NCBI GenBank assembly: GCA_002269645.1
Contig: NIVC01003812.1
Span: forward strand, 1 to 64,000
Length of the DNA stretch: 64,000 nt
Source of the DNA: Macrostomum lignano
Lineage: Eukaryota
Direction: 5' to 3'
Part shown: positions 24,262 to 36,170 of the stretch, piece after piece
Layout: every line of letters starts with the position of its first letter
Position numbering within the stretch: the stretch's first letter is position 1
The notes under the pieces: model-generated
What the model saw: only the letters and a program-made list of their open reading frames with translations
The model's database searches: none
Told to the model about the DNA's origin: nothing
Translations under genes and position numbers: made by a program

Positions 24262-25712
24262 CATGAATATCTGTAGTCTATGGCCCACACCACCCGATAA
24301 CCCATGAATATCTGTAGTCTATGGCCCACACCACCCGATAACCCATGAATATCTGTGGTCTATGGCCCACACCACCCGATAACCCATGAATATCTGTGGT
24401 CTACGGCCCACACCACCCGATAACCCATGAATATCTGTAGTCTATGGCCCACACCACCAGATAACCCATGAATATCTGTAGTCTATGGCCCACACCACCC
24501 GATAACCCATGAATATCTGTGGTCTATGGCCCACACCACCCGATAACCCATGAATATCTGTGGTCTACGGCCCACACCACCCGATAACCCATGAATATCT
24601 GTGTTCTATGGCCCACACCACCCGATAACCCATGAATATCTGTAGTCTATGGCCCACACCACCCGATAACCCATGAATATCTGTGGTCTATGGCCCACAC
24701 CACCCGATAACCCATGAATATCTGTGGTCTACGGCCCACACCACCCGATAACCCATGAATATCTGTGTTCTATGGCCCACACCACCCGATAACCCATGAA
24801 TATCTGTAGTCTATGGCCCACACCACCCGATAACCCATGAATATCTGTGGTCTATGGCCCACTCCACCCGATAACCCATGAATATCTGTGGTCTACGGCC
24901 CACACCACCCGATAACCCATGAATATCTGTGGTCTATGGCCCACACCACCCGATAACCCATGAATATCTGTAGTCTATGGCCCACACCACCCGATAACCC
25001 ATGAATATCTGTAATCTATGGCCCACACCACCCAATAACCCATGAATATCTGTGGTCTATGGCCCACACCACCCAATAACCCATGAATATCTGTGGTCTA
25101 TGGCCCACACCACCCGATAACCCATGAATATCTGTAGTCTATGGCCCACACCACCCGATAACCCATAAATATCTGTAGTCTATTGCCCACACCACCCAAT
25201 AACCCTTGAATATCTGTGGTCTATTGCCCACACCACCCAATAACCCATGAATATCTGTAGTCTATGGCCCACACCACCCAATAACCCATGAATATCTGTA
25301 GTCTATGGCCCACACCACCCGATAACCCATGAATATCTGTGGTCTATGGCCCACACCACCCAATAACCCATGAATATCTGTGGTCTATGGCCCACACCAC
25401 CCAATAACCCATGAATATCTGTGGTCTATGGCCCACACCACCCGATAACCCATGAATATCTGTAGTCTATGGCCGACACCACCCGATAACCCATGAATAT
25501 CTGTGGTCTATGGCCCACACCACCCAATAACCCATGAATATCTGTGGTCTATGGTCCACATCACCCAATAACCCATGAATATCTGTGGTCTATGGCCCAC
25601 ATCACCCAATAACCCATGAATATCTGTGGTCTATGGCCCACACCACTCAATAACCCATGAATATCTGTAGTCTATGGCCCACACCACCCAATAACCCATG
25701 AATATCTGTAGT
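24262..25712. repeat. 41-bp array CCATGAATATCTGTAGTCTATGGCCCACACCACCCGATAAC (about 35 copies)
   Basis: Period of 41 counted; a related monomer lies at about 30473-30540. Confidence 0.95.
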
Positions 25713-27926
25713 TTACACTACCCAATACTTGTTAGAAGTTCGACCACTTGGGTGCTATTTATTTTGAGTCATCATAGATCCTATATTCTCCACACGGGCC
25801 ACTGAGTGAATATAAGCAAAGCCATAGAATCCAATGCAGTAGTGAAAAATAATTTCAGTAAAAACTTTTCAGTAGTGTGAAGCGTTGCGCTGTTGTCAAA
25901 TGAGTCCTGGAGATTCCCGATCCCTCCTATTCGACTGTATAACGCTATAAATGCCATGAAGGATATACACAGCAAACGTGAGGAACTGTAATAACTAAAA
26001 TTTGTTCATATTATTATGGAAGCGACATGTTCCGCCAATCACTAGGCATCAACTCCTCATTAGCAAAAGTTCCAATACTAACAGCACTAACGTGAACATC
26101 ACGGGAAAATACAATGGAGTCATGAACAGTAGAACAACGAGATAAACGAGAATGCCTTCAGTGTGAAAGTCGATTCACATGAACACATTTGAATGAGTCA
26201 CTCGAGATCCATGATAAGCACTAACAAAGGATGCAAGGATGTGAAGACTCATGGTTTTTATTGTAGTTAGCCTAGGCGTGTTGAAACGGGGCGAAACGCA
26301 CGGCATCCCGCCCGCTGCAATATCTATGGCTATGGCCGACTTCCATAAGTAAAAAACCTCGTATGCATATAAGTATCTAGTTAATGTTTCTACAACTTGT
26401 AGATTTTGAAAGTAAAGCTTAGTACTGCTAAATTATGCTTAGTATCAGTTATTAATTATTTCAATTCGCAAAATAAGGAGTTTTGGCCATAGACAATTTT
26501 TAGATTTTGTTCTTTCTTTCTTTGTCTAGAGTGCTGGTGCGCAAATGTGGCGGCTCCGCCCCCACACCCCTTGCAAGGGGGCTCAGCGCCCCCTTGACCC
26601 CGCTTTCTTTTGACTTTGCCTTAGACATTTTCAGCGGGCCGTGAAACCAACTGAATGCATTGGAGTAAATGGGATTTTACCATAGACAGTCTCAACGGGC
26701 CGTGAAACGCGGTTTCACGCCCGCTAACTATAACACTAATATGGATGGGCCGCATCGGGCAGAAACGAGCTAACGCTCCTCGGCTACGCGCCTCGGCGTT
26801 ATAGATCGTTTCTGCCCTCTGCAGCCCATCAATATTGGTATATTTTTGACGAGTGGCCACGAAAGACTAAAATTAATCATTGTCTATGACAAAACCATAT
26901 GCACAAGCACATTGTCTCATAAACGCATTTTTAGTAGCCTTAGGCTCGTATAGGTCGTCCCAACTATAATATAGTTGTTATGTATCATCCTTGGTGTGTC
27001 TTTCCACAGTACCCACTCGCAATGTTTTTGAGTTGGGACGCAGCCCCTGATAAAGTGTAGCCCAAAAGCGATAAACTAACTAGTTGCTAGGGGGATCCTC
27101 TCTCCCCTCGCAGGGGTGGTAGAGGGGGGGTTTAACGCATTGGTTGAGTTACGATATGCAGTTCTCTCATTTTCTGTCTATATGCAGAGCAGTTTCTGTC
27201 TCTCAGTACTCTTAGTTCTTCACCGTCAACGGTACGTTCGTTTTTCTGCTCATCTACCGGAGGGGTCTGGGCCCTCTCTCCAGCTCCCTGTTGTCTCCCG
27301 GCCGGCTTGATCCCATTGCCAGGGGGTGGGGGGAGGGGGTCCGCAGCCGTTGTTGATCCCGGGCCAGGGTGAGGCTGGCTGGCTGAAATGATGGAGCGGG
27401 CTCAGGGCCTCTCATTGTTTACGCTAGCGTCAATTTGATCTACTCTTCTGAAGTGCTTGTGGTTCCCAGGTCGTTGAATGGGCCAGTCTCAGGCTCCGGC
27501 CTTTGCCACCAATGTTGTACAGGCTTCTCGCTTGGGATTACTCGGTAGATCTCCTGAGCCCTAATCGGCGCCTTCTAGAGAGACCCGTTTCTTAGAAATC
27601 GTTACTCGTAGCGTAGGTGCCACCAGCTCACTCGGGGCTTGGCCTTCGATGAGGGAGACTCCAGATTGAGCAAATAAACGAGACGCGGGAACTCCCTGCA
27701 GATTTGACAGCTCGCACGCGGTGCACGCTCTGTCAGCAGATCCCGCCGGGTACAGTGCCGGGTATTGGGATCTGTGCTAGTTTCTCGTTAACTTAGTTGC
27801 TATTAGTTGCACAAGTTCAGCCACACAGTTGAAAGATAGAATTCAGTAGCGAACAGGTAGAATTGGACTAGACAAATAGTGAAGAACTGGACAGAAACGG
27901 AAACCTCTTGTCTGAAACAAGGCGTG

Positions 27927-28140
27927 AACAATTTGTGTCCTTGAGCAAGACACTTAACTCTGCATTGCTTCAGTTAACCCAGCTGTAAAATGGGTGCCAG
28001 TATTAGCTGGGGTAATTGAGGGTGTGTTGCGACCCCCCCCCCAGTCATTGCGGACTGAACAGCCGTACGCAGCCTTCAAATGCGCCACGCAATAGCTGCG
28101 GCTGAGCTGTCGGTTGCACATCTGCCCAATTAGAGCAGCT
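27927..28140 (+). mobile_element. Same SINE family, head missing
   Basis: Core and 3' block are near-identical to the copy at 16258. Confidence 0.85.
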
Positions 28141-28369
28141 GTAGTAAAAAACAGACCAACTCCAACAAGCTCGTATTGATATACGCACTTATTAATGTCA
28201 TGTCAAACCTCACTCCTAGATAAAACCAATAGTGATTTAAGAACTGTCAGTTGGAGAGCAGTGAAGCACTTGCACTCTCATGAATAGTCCTTGTCGCTTG
28301 GTTGATGACACTTTTACTGATGCTAGTTGAGACGTTAGTATCGCTGCTTCAGGCCTTCGAACCACCCGC

Positions 28370-29100
28370 ATGTAGCACCCACACTGGTTGCCATGTCTCG
28401 AGTGGCATTTTCACGCTTCCGAGAGAGATACCACCGCACTGTAGATCCCGTTTGCTGGCCAGTAATGCTCATAATGTCGGAAACTTTGTATCCTGCATCT
28501 TTTAGATCGGAACTGCGAGTAACAGTGGCTTGAATACAGCATGCTTCGGTTGTATACCTTGCACAGTGATCGGCTGCACGAACGTGTTTGGCCAGTTTAT
28601 GTCGCAGTACTTGCTTACTTGAGAACAGATGCTGGCGTCATCTTCAGTTACAGATGACAAAGGCCAATGGATACAGACCTGACAGGGTCTTCCCAGGATT
28701 GAAACGCCGAGGATTGAAATTCGTAATACGACTTCCCGTAACTATTGGTCTTTTCAATGAGACTATATTTACCGCGTAACTGCTTGGGATGTCCGTGTCC
28801 TCTTTCATCCAGTGCGTACAGCAGAGTGAATGTGGTCATTTCTCGCAGTCGTTCACCATTAGACCGGTCGAAGTGCTGAACGTTGCAAAATCCAATTGTT
28901 TTTTTAAACTATTTAACACTGATCCGCATGCAGAACCATATCCAGTTTCAGACTTCACTGAGTAACCCAGCTTAAGCATCGTAAATTCAGAGAACCTTTG
29001 CCCATGCAATTCAATTTGTTCTCGAGTTGACTTTAGGCAGAGAATCAATTTACATCGTATCGACCGGACCGCTCTCCCTAGCAACAAGTTGAAGCGTTCA
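28370..29100 (-). pseudogene. Decayed Crypton-like (DUF3504/KCTD1-type) tyrosine recombinase
   Basis: Across frameshifts the minus strand reads QHFDRSNGERLREMTTFT..ALDERG and RYTT..CIQATVT...LKDAGYKVSDIMSITGQQTGSTVRWY. These resemble the family motifs HFGRRGRE.LREMT and YTNH..RAT..T.L..AG....IM..TGH....L..Y. Confidence 0.55.
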
Positions 29101-29311
29101 CATTGGCATTGTCACAATCTACTGTCGGCAGGCAGCTCCACTGACATGACGTCGTCATCGTCAGTACGACTAAAGTGGCTGATGAACTGGATAAAGTGCT
29201 CCGGCTTTCTGTCCTCACTATGATCTTCTCGAATTTGTTACGCTCCTTCCCGAGTTCTGTCAGTGTACCTAAAATGAACTCGCTGCTCCGGAAATTGCTA
29301 GATAGTACCTC

Positions 29312-29910
29312 TGTACTACCTATCGATTTGCCTAAAAGAAACCTAAAACGTTAGCCTTTGACTTGGTAAGGTTGCTGCCACCTTGGTTTGCGGACTCGAC
29401 TTGTCGGTTGAGTTGTCTTTCCGTAACCTGAAAGAAAATGACGAAGTCGCTCGGAGCAAGGCAAATCTGAAAATGTCTCGACAGTTGATCGGCAAAGTTC
29501 CTAAAATTGCTGCTCGAACCTGAAAACTTGTAAGCCTGAAATGAGAGAAGTGGAGCTCCTTGCAGGCGGAGGCAGGGAGGAAACTCCGGTCCTCCGGGGA
29601 ACGCGTCTGAGGAAAAACAGCTCCCAGGTGCTCCGTATTTATAGCCGAGCGACCCCCAAAAGTCACGCGAGTTTCATGCCTCAGAGTCATGCAAGAGAGG
29701 CGTGCTTCAAGGCCAACTTTCAAATAAGGCAATCCTGCCAGGCAACAGTGGCGTGACTTAAGGTCAGATGCCACGCACCGTATGCGTGCGCAGTCACGTG
29801 CTTTAGTGTGCTAAAATATATTTGGGCGGATGAGTCATCCGGTTTATTCCCTCCAGGCAGCCAATACACTTCACGCGCGGGTGAGCAGGGATGAGTCATC
29901 CTGCTTATCT
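29312..29910 (-). mobile_element. Truncated diverged copy of the same LTR family
   Basis: Begins TGTA and aligns by eye with 22815-23430, including the TATA motif (29636-43) and GATGAGTCATC motifs (29829, 29890). The other terminus was not found. Confidence 0.75.
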
Positions 29911-30682
29911 GGCTTTCAACAACTCAATCTGTCTATGGTGTAAACTGATGCTTCGATACATTTCCTCCAAGCTCCTAATGGCTTAGAGCTCTTTTTTGTC
30001 TTGGGAGTTGTATTTTGACGCCGCAGTTTCTAAGCATTGGTTAATTGACTCATACGACTCATACGAATATAAACCTTGCTTGCGGTCTCTTGGGCTTATA
30101 ATTTGAGGCTCATCCATGCAAACTGTCTGTTCTCGATATCAGTGGATAACTTGTCACGCTAGTTGACTAGAAAATGTGCACTGAGGCATTTCATCACGGC
30201 CCTTCCATGGGATAGCACATCCACTTCCCAATCTAACTCCAGACCCTCATATCTCACTTCTTTTAGAAGAGCTTAGGTCAAGTCAAGCATACAGTCGATC
30301 TTGCTGTCATGCGAGGACGCTTCTGAACAGACGAATGAACATCAAATGACGTGTTCTGACGCTGTTCATTCTCATTTACTGTAGAAAAGAAATTTCTTCT
30401 TGACGTATTATACCGGTCCCATGAACAGAAGGAACAAGAAACTCGGTTTTGTAAACCTAACCGATTATTTTCTGTAGTCTATGGCCTACACCACCCAATA
30501 ACACATTACTATCTATAGACTATGGCCCTAAGCCACTCAATATTTTTCCCGTCAGTTTGATAAGACTCACCGAATTTGCATCATTTTGAAGTGTAGCATC
30601 CTGTAAAAGCTACTAAAATTTAACTACTACCATCTACAATTTCTGTAGGTCACTGCTGATAAACCCTTACTATACAACTCAG

Positions 30683-31119
30683 GTTGCAGACTCTAGCAGC
30701 CCTGCTGCTGCCCAGCCTCTCAGCTGCATCAGCCCAGCTGTCAGCCAATTCCTGTTCGCAGTCCTCGGACTGGAGCAGCGGCAGTGTCTGCGGCAAAGCA
30801 ATCGATGGCAACACAAATCGGAACTGGAACGGCGGGAGCTGCACCGCCACAGACGACAACAATGGCTGGTGGGAGGCTCAGTTCGACGTCACGGTTCGAG
30901 TCGACTTCGTCTCCCTGTGGAATCGGGCCGACTGCTGCCCGCACAGGCTGGGTAACTTCCAGCTGCTGATGGACGGCACCGAGTGCGCCAGCTACTCGAC
31001 ATCAACTCCCGAGTCCGTGTTTAACGTTTCCTGCGGTGCTGGAGGCCGGAGACTGCGAGTTCAGACGCGAGCAGGCGACGTGCTTACCATCTGCGAGATC
31101 AAAATCTTTGGCATTGTTG
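30683..31119 (+). CDS. F-type lectin (fucolectin/FTP) domain exon preceded by a signal-peptide-like segment
   Basis: SQSS....CGKAIDGNTN.NW.GGSCT.T....WW......V..V.LWNRADCC..RL.NF..........C......C...GR.LRV......LTICEIKIFG is the FTP pattern. Acceptor AG at 30681-82, donor GT at 31120. Confidence 0.88.
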
Positions 31120-31729
31120 GTGAGGGCTTTGGCTAATTGCTAGTTACCGAAGTTGACCGGAGTCTGTTGCTGGATGGTAAGTGGCTAAGGTAAGCTGCAT
31201 GACTTTTTGGTATTAATAAGAGAAGAATTTTTCAAAGCGTATACTATTAAAGTTTTTGATAAAATCGATAAAATCACAGTTGTCAAGCATGGAGTCGTGA
31301 ATATGCAACATCATTCATTTAGTCCGTGTGCTGAGGTCTCCAAAGGAAGAACGTTTGCTTTATCCCGCTTTTTAAGACTGCATTGCTTCTCAATCCCGAT
31401 TCTGTGTAGTTAGTTTTTTAGAAGGCTTATTTGCTTCTAAATTTCTTATTTGCTTTCCCTTGCTTCACTGTCTCTGTCATTGCCGCTAAATTTAGTCCCT
31501 TTTAGACGCAATACGGACTCTGCTGATCCCATTAATTTCATCGCTGTGTTTCGCGTGCCTTAGCTGTAGCATGTGCAAACTATTCCGCATTTGAAATACA
31601 GAACTCCGTGTTAAATAGCAGTTTTACCAACCAGAGCGCTCAACCCTTAAAACAGATGTTTGTTTTCTGCGTACTGATTTTTAATTCCAAAGCGTTTTTT
31701 CGACTAAATGTACTTTTATTAAAACTGCA

Positions 31730-31930
31730 TTAGAAGGGCTTGACCAGGAGCAGAGACAGAGAAACAGGGAAGAAGGCAATGTACATTTTGTAAGAAGGGC
31801 TTGACCGATAGGAGAGACAGAGAAACGGGGCGGGGTAGATAATGTACATTTGTAAGAAAGGCTTGACCGATAGGAGAGACAAAGAAACGGGGTGGGGTAG
31901 GTAATGTACATTTGTAAGAAGGGCTTGACC
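31730..31930. repeat. ~62-bp degenerate tandem repeat (3-4 copies)
   Basis: AATGTACATTT..GTAAGAAGGGCTTGACC recurs. Confidence 0.8.
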
Positions 31931-32364
31931 GGGAGGAGGGACCAATTTCTTTAATAACACGAGCGCAGTCTCAAAACAAACAAAGAAAACTTAAGGAAGA
32001 GCAGAAATCAACAACGCTGCAGCGCAGCACCGCTCGAGTACGCGGCGATTAATTAAGACACAATTATAAGAAGCTGCGGAAGTAGAAAGTTCCGGTATTA
32101 AAATTTTATAAAACTTTATAATAAGTCACCATTTTTACACGTGACTACACTGTGTGTGCAGGCGCTTAAAACTAATGCACTTTCTTGTGATACATACTAT
32201 TTACACGTGGGCGCTTTCGTTCGAGTGAGAAAGTACATGCTGAACACCACATAGATCAGCAAGTTGATGGGTCAGAGTGGGTCGATTAGATGGGTTTAAA
32301 AATAGGTCAAGGTAGAATCGATGGGTCAGAGAATGGATCGAAATCAAGGTCATCATCATATTCA

Positions 32365-33591
32365 TCATTTGATGTGCCAGTTGCGGTCCCACAGTCCCAC
32401 AGTCTTCCGATATTCCCTGTCGTACTCCTGGTTCCAGCGCTCCGTGCGACGCTGGTGCTTGAACCGCTTGGAGCAGCCCGAGTGCCCGCTGTGGCAGGAG
32501 TCCGAGTCGCATTTGCACTCTGCAGTATCGGGAGTGAGTTTATCGGGAGTGAGTTTATCAAGAGTGAGTTTATCGGGAGTGAGTTTATCGGGAGTGAGTT
32601 TATCAGGAGTGAGTTTATCGGGAGTGAGTTTATCGGGAGTGAGTTTATCAGGAGTGAGTTTATCGGGAGTGAGTTTATCGGGAGTGAGTTTATCGGGAGT
32701 GAGTTTATCGGGAGTGAGTTTATCGGGAGTGAGTTTATCGGGAGTGAGTTTATCGGGAGTGAGTTTATCGGGAGTGAGTTTATCGGGAGTGAGTTTATCA
32801 GGAGTGAGTTTACCGGGAGAGAGTTTATCGGGAGTGAGTTTATCAGGAGTGAGTTTACCGGGAGAGAGTTTATCGGGAGTGAGTTTATATCGGGAGTGAG
32901 TTTATCGGGAGTGAGTTTATCGGGAGTGAGTTTATCGGGAGTGAGTTTATCGGGAGTGAGTTTATCGGGAGTGAGTTTATCCATACAGCAAACCGAGCTC
33001 ACTCTTCAGCCTAAAGCAGTCCTCGTCCTCCTCCTCGCAGTCGCACTCGCAGTCGCACTCGCTGCCGCCCGACGTCCAGACTTCGTCATCATCGCCGAAC
33101 TCGTCCAGCAGCTCATCCGCCGCAACCCCCAACCAGGAGCTGAGCAGCTCGGCATCCACGGTGTCCTCCTCGCCTTCAACCGCGGTGCTCAGCGAACAGA
33201 GCCGCAGTGCGTCGGTGTGGTCGCGGAGCAGGTGGTACAGCAGGTTGATGCGGTGCCGCTCCGCATTGCTCAGCGGTCGCCAAGGCGGCACGACTCGGAT
33301 TTCAGGTGTCTTCGGTGTCGAAGAGATCGGCGGCTGCAGCGTCTGTTGCGGCTTCTGCGTCAGCGGCTGCTCAGGACTTCGAGGCCGTCGCCGCCGCCTC
33401 CTGCCGCCACCGCCGCCGCCGCCGCCGCTGCCGCTGCTGAAGCCTCCGGCAAGGAGTGACGGCAGCGACAGTCGGCGAAGTCGATGGCGGAGCCAGCCGG
33501 TCTTCAGGCCGCCGCCGCTGCTGCTGCTGGCTGTCAGGCGGCGGCCGCTGCGGCGGCTTGGACCTTCGGCCTGCTGCTGCGGGACCGACAT
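32365..33591 (-). CDS. Hypothetical protein (Gly/Arg-rich N-terminus, acidic Cys-rich middle), at least two exons
   Basis: Exon 33591-33003 (donor GTGAGC, phase 1) joins exon 32519-32365 (acceptor CTGCAG) in frame, giving ...FRLKKCKCDSDSCHSGHSGCSKRFKHQRRTERWNQEYDREYRKTVGLWDRNWHIK*. Upstream exons are possible. Confidence 0.6.
32528..32981. repeat. 15-bp array GGGAGTGAGTTTATC filling intron 32520-33002
   Basis: Read directly. Confidence 0.95.
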
Positions 33592-33866
33592 TCGAATGGT
33601 ACAGCAACTGCGGACTTCTTTGATTTCCTTTCTGCCGAGCTGTTTGCTTCTCTAGGAAAAAAGCAAGCGCGTCTGTTTCTTTAAAGCAGAGTTGTTTTTC
33701 TCTCCATGCACAATTGGGCTCTGGGAGCCAAGGACTGCTAGAGCAGGGGTCTGGAGCGGTGTGCCAGACTGGACGGGGGCCTGTCGTGCGGTTCTCACCG
33801 AGCTGAGACGTTGAGAACTTTGGGCTCCTGTACAGCCGCCTGTGTGAGCGCACGGGTGCTCAGCGG

Positions 33867-34190
33867 AATGAACTGCCACTGCTTGCCTCCCTGCGGATGA
33901 ACTGCCACTGCTTGCCTCCCTGCGGATGAACTGCCACTGCTTGCCTCCCTGCGGATGAACTGCCACTGCTTGCCTCCCTGCGGATGAACTGCCACTGCTT
34001 GCCTCCCTGCGGATGAACTGCCACTGCTTGCCTCCCTGCGGATGAACTGCCACTGCTTGCCTCCCTGCGGATGAACTGCCACTGCTTGCCTCCCTGCGGA
34101 TGAACTGCCACTGCTTGCCTCCCTGCGGATGAACTGCCACTGCTTGCCTCCTTGCGGATGAACTGCCACTGCTTGCCTCCCTGCGGATGA
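33867..34190. repeat. 29-bp array GAACTGCCACTGCTTGCCTCCCTGCGGAT
   Basis: About 11 near-perfect copies. Confidence 0.95.
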
Positions 34191-34756
34191 ACTGCCGCCT
34201 ACGCCTGACTACGGCAGCTCCGGAGGGGAAAAGTCGACAGGACAGAAACAGCCCTGTTTCACTGAGATCTCAGCCTGATTCTGGACTGAGCACTCCTTGC
34301 CCAATGCCACTTCAAACCGCCCTATATCAGCCTCATTCTCAACTCTGTCTGTCTGTCACTCCCTCCGTCCGTTTTTTTCTTCTTTCAATTCCTTCCTGCG
34401 CGCTTGGCTGACCGCTCAGATACCGGCCCCTGCATTCTTCTTCTTACTGTGCTCAGATGTTTAAATTCCAAAAATACAAAGCAGAGAATTCTGGACTGCA
34501 GTTATAAAAAGCAGAGACAACAGCTCGTACTGCAGGGCTGTCTGAAGAACCGAAGTCCCACAAATTGCTGGCTTAGGCAATATTGCGCATACAGTTTATT
34601 GACGTCATTTGGGTTGCTACCCGCACAGCTGCTGCTGCTGGGGGGCAGAAAACTAGAAGCAGAGATCTTTGCAAATAGATGAAGATTTTGCGCATGAAAC
34701 ATGAATCATTACTGAGATTAAAGTGCAGTTGAGTGACGTTAAAGGCGCAGCTGAGT

Positions 34757-35588
34757 TAGATAATGATGGCTAACTGGGTGAGATAATGATGGCTAACTGG
34801 GTGAGATAATGATGACTAACTGGGTGAGATAATGATAGCTAACTGGGTGAGATAATGATGGCTAACTGGGTGAGATAATGATGGCTAACTGGGTGAGATA
34901 ATGATGGCTAACTGGGTGAGATAATGATAGCTAACTGGGTGAGATAATGATGGCTAACTGGGTGAGATAATGATGGCTAACTGGGTGAGATAATGATAGC
35001 TAACTGGGTGAGATAATGATGGCTAACTGGGTGAGATAATGATGGCTAACTGGGTGAGATAATGATGGCTAACTGGGTGAGATAATGATGGCTAACTGGG
35101 TGAGATAATGATAGCTAACTGGGTGAGATAATGATGGCTAACTGGGTGAGATAATGATAGCTAACTGGGTGAGATAATGATGGCTAACTGGGTGAGATAA
35201 TGATGGCTAACTGGGTGAGATAATGATGGCTAACTGGGTGAGATAATGATGGCTAACTGGGTGAGATAATGATAGCTAACTGGGTGAGATAATGATAGCT
35301 AACTGGGTGAGATAATGATAGCTAACTGGGTGAGATAATGATGGCTAACTGGGTGAGATAATGATAGCTAACTGGGTGAGATAATGATAGCTAACTGGGT
35401 GAGATAATGATAGCTAACTGGGTGAGATAATGATAGCTAACTGGGTGAGATAATGATAGCTAACTGGGTGAGATAATGATAGCTAACTGGGTGAGATAAT
35501 GATAGCTAACTGGGTGAGATAATGATGGCTAACTGGGTGAGATAATGATGGCTAACTGGGTGAGATAATGAAAGCTAACTGGGTGAGA
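34757..35588. repeat. 23-bp array GAGATAATGAT(G/A)GCTAACTGGGT
   Basis: About 36 copies. Confidence 0.95.
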
Positions 35589-35947
35589 TTCTCGAGCATA
35601 ATGAGATGAAATGAGATCAGCAGACAAACGCATGATAATTTTAGACTGCAACAGCTAAATTGCTACTAAAAGCAATCGTGAAGCCGGAGATGAGGCATCT
35701 AAAGTACTTCACAGTAGAAAAATGCAATTGCCAGGGAGCTGTAGAGATAGAGAGATGTTTGAATATTCAATCGTTGAGGATCAAACTAAAAACTGTCTGC
35801 AGTCTGATTGGCAGGTTTCATTGACAGCCTCAGGGCATTTCAAGTTGATGATACACTGAGGATTCTTCTGTAAAGAGAATGAATTCTTCTCCGCGCGGTG
35901 CACTTTTAGTCACTTTAGGCACATGCAAGAAGATGCCTATGTACTCA

Positions 35948-36170
35948 TACAATGTACACACGCCCACCCATTTCTGCCCCAATGTACACACACCCAGCCA
36001 TCTCTGCCCCAATGTAAACACACCCAGCCATCTCTGCCCCAATGTACACACACCCAGCCATCTCTGCCCCAATGTAAACACGCCCAGCCATCTCTGCCCC
36101 AATGTACACACACCCAGCCATCTCTGCCCCAATGTACACACACCGAGCATCTCTGCACCAATGTACACAC
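35948..36170. repeat. 30-bp array AATGTACACACACCCAGCCATCTCTGCCCC
   Basis: Read directly. Confidence 0.92.

Noticed and set aside
24262-25712. CRISPR-like appearance of the 29-43-bp arrays (also 33867 and 56597)
   Set aside because: Units are head-to-tail with no unique spacers, there are no cas genes, and the context is eukaryotic.
25781-26230. Hydrophobic minus-strand ORF suggesting a membrane protein
   Set aside because: Short, surrounded by stops, with no motif or splice support.
26240-27800. Possible further transposon fragments (GC-rich hairpins, purine tract at 27122)
   Set aside because: No TIR, TSD, second copy or protein motif could be established.
32290-33655. Plus-strand ORFs 32290-33459 and 33161-33655
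   Set aside because: Antisense shadows of the GC-rich minus-strand exon plus the 15-bp array.
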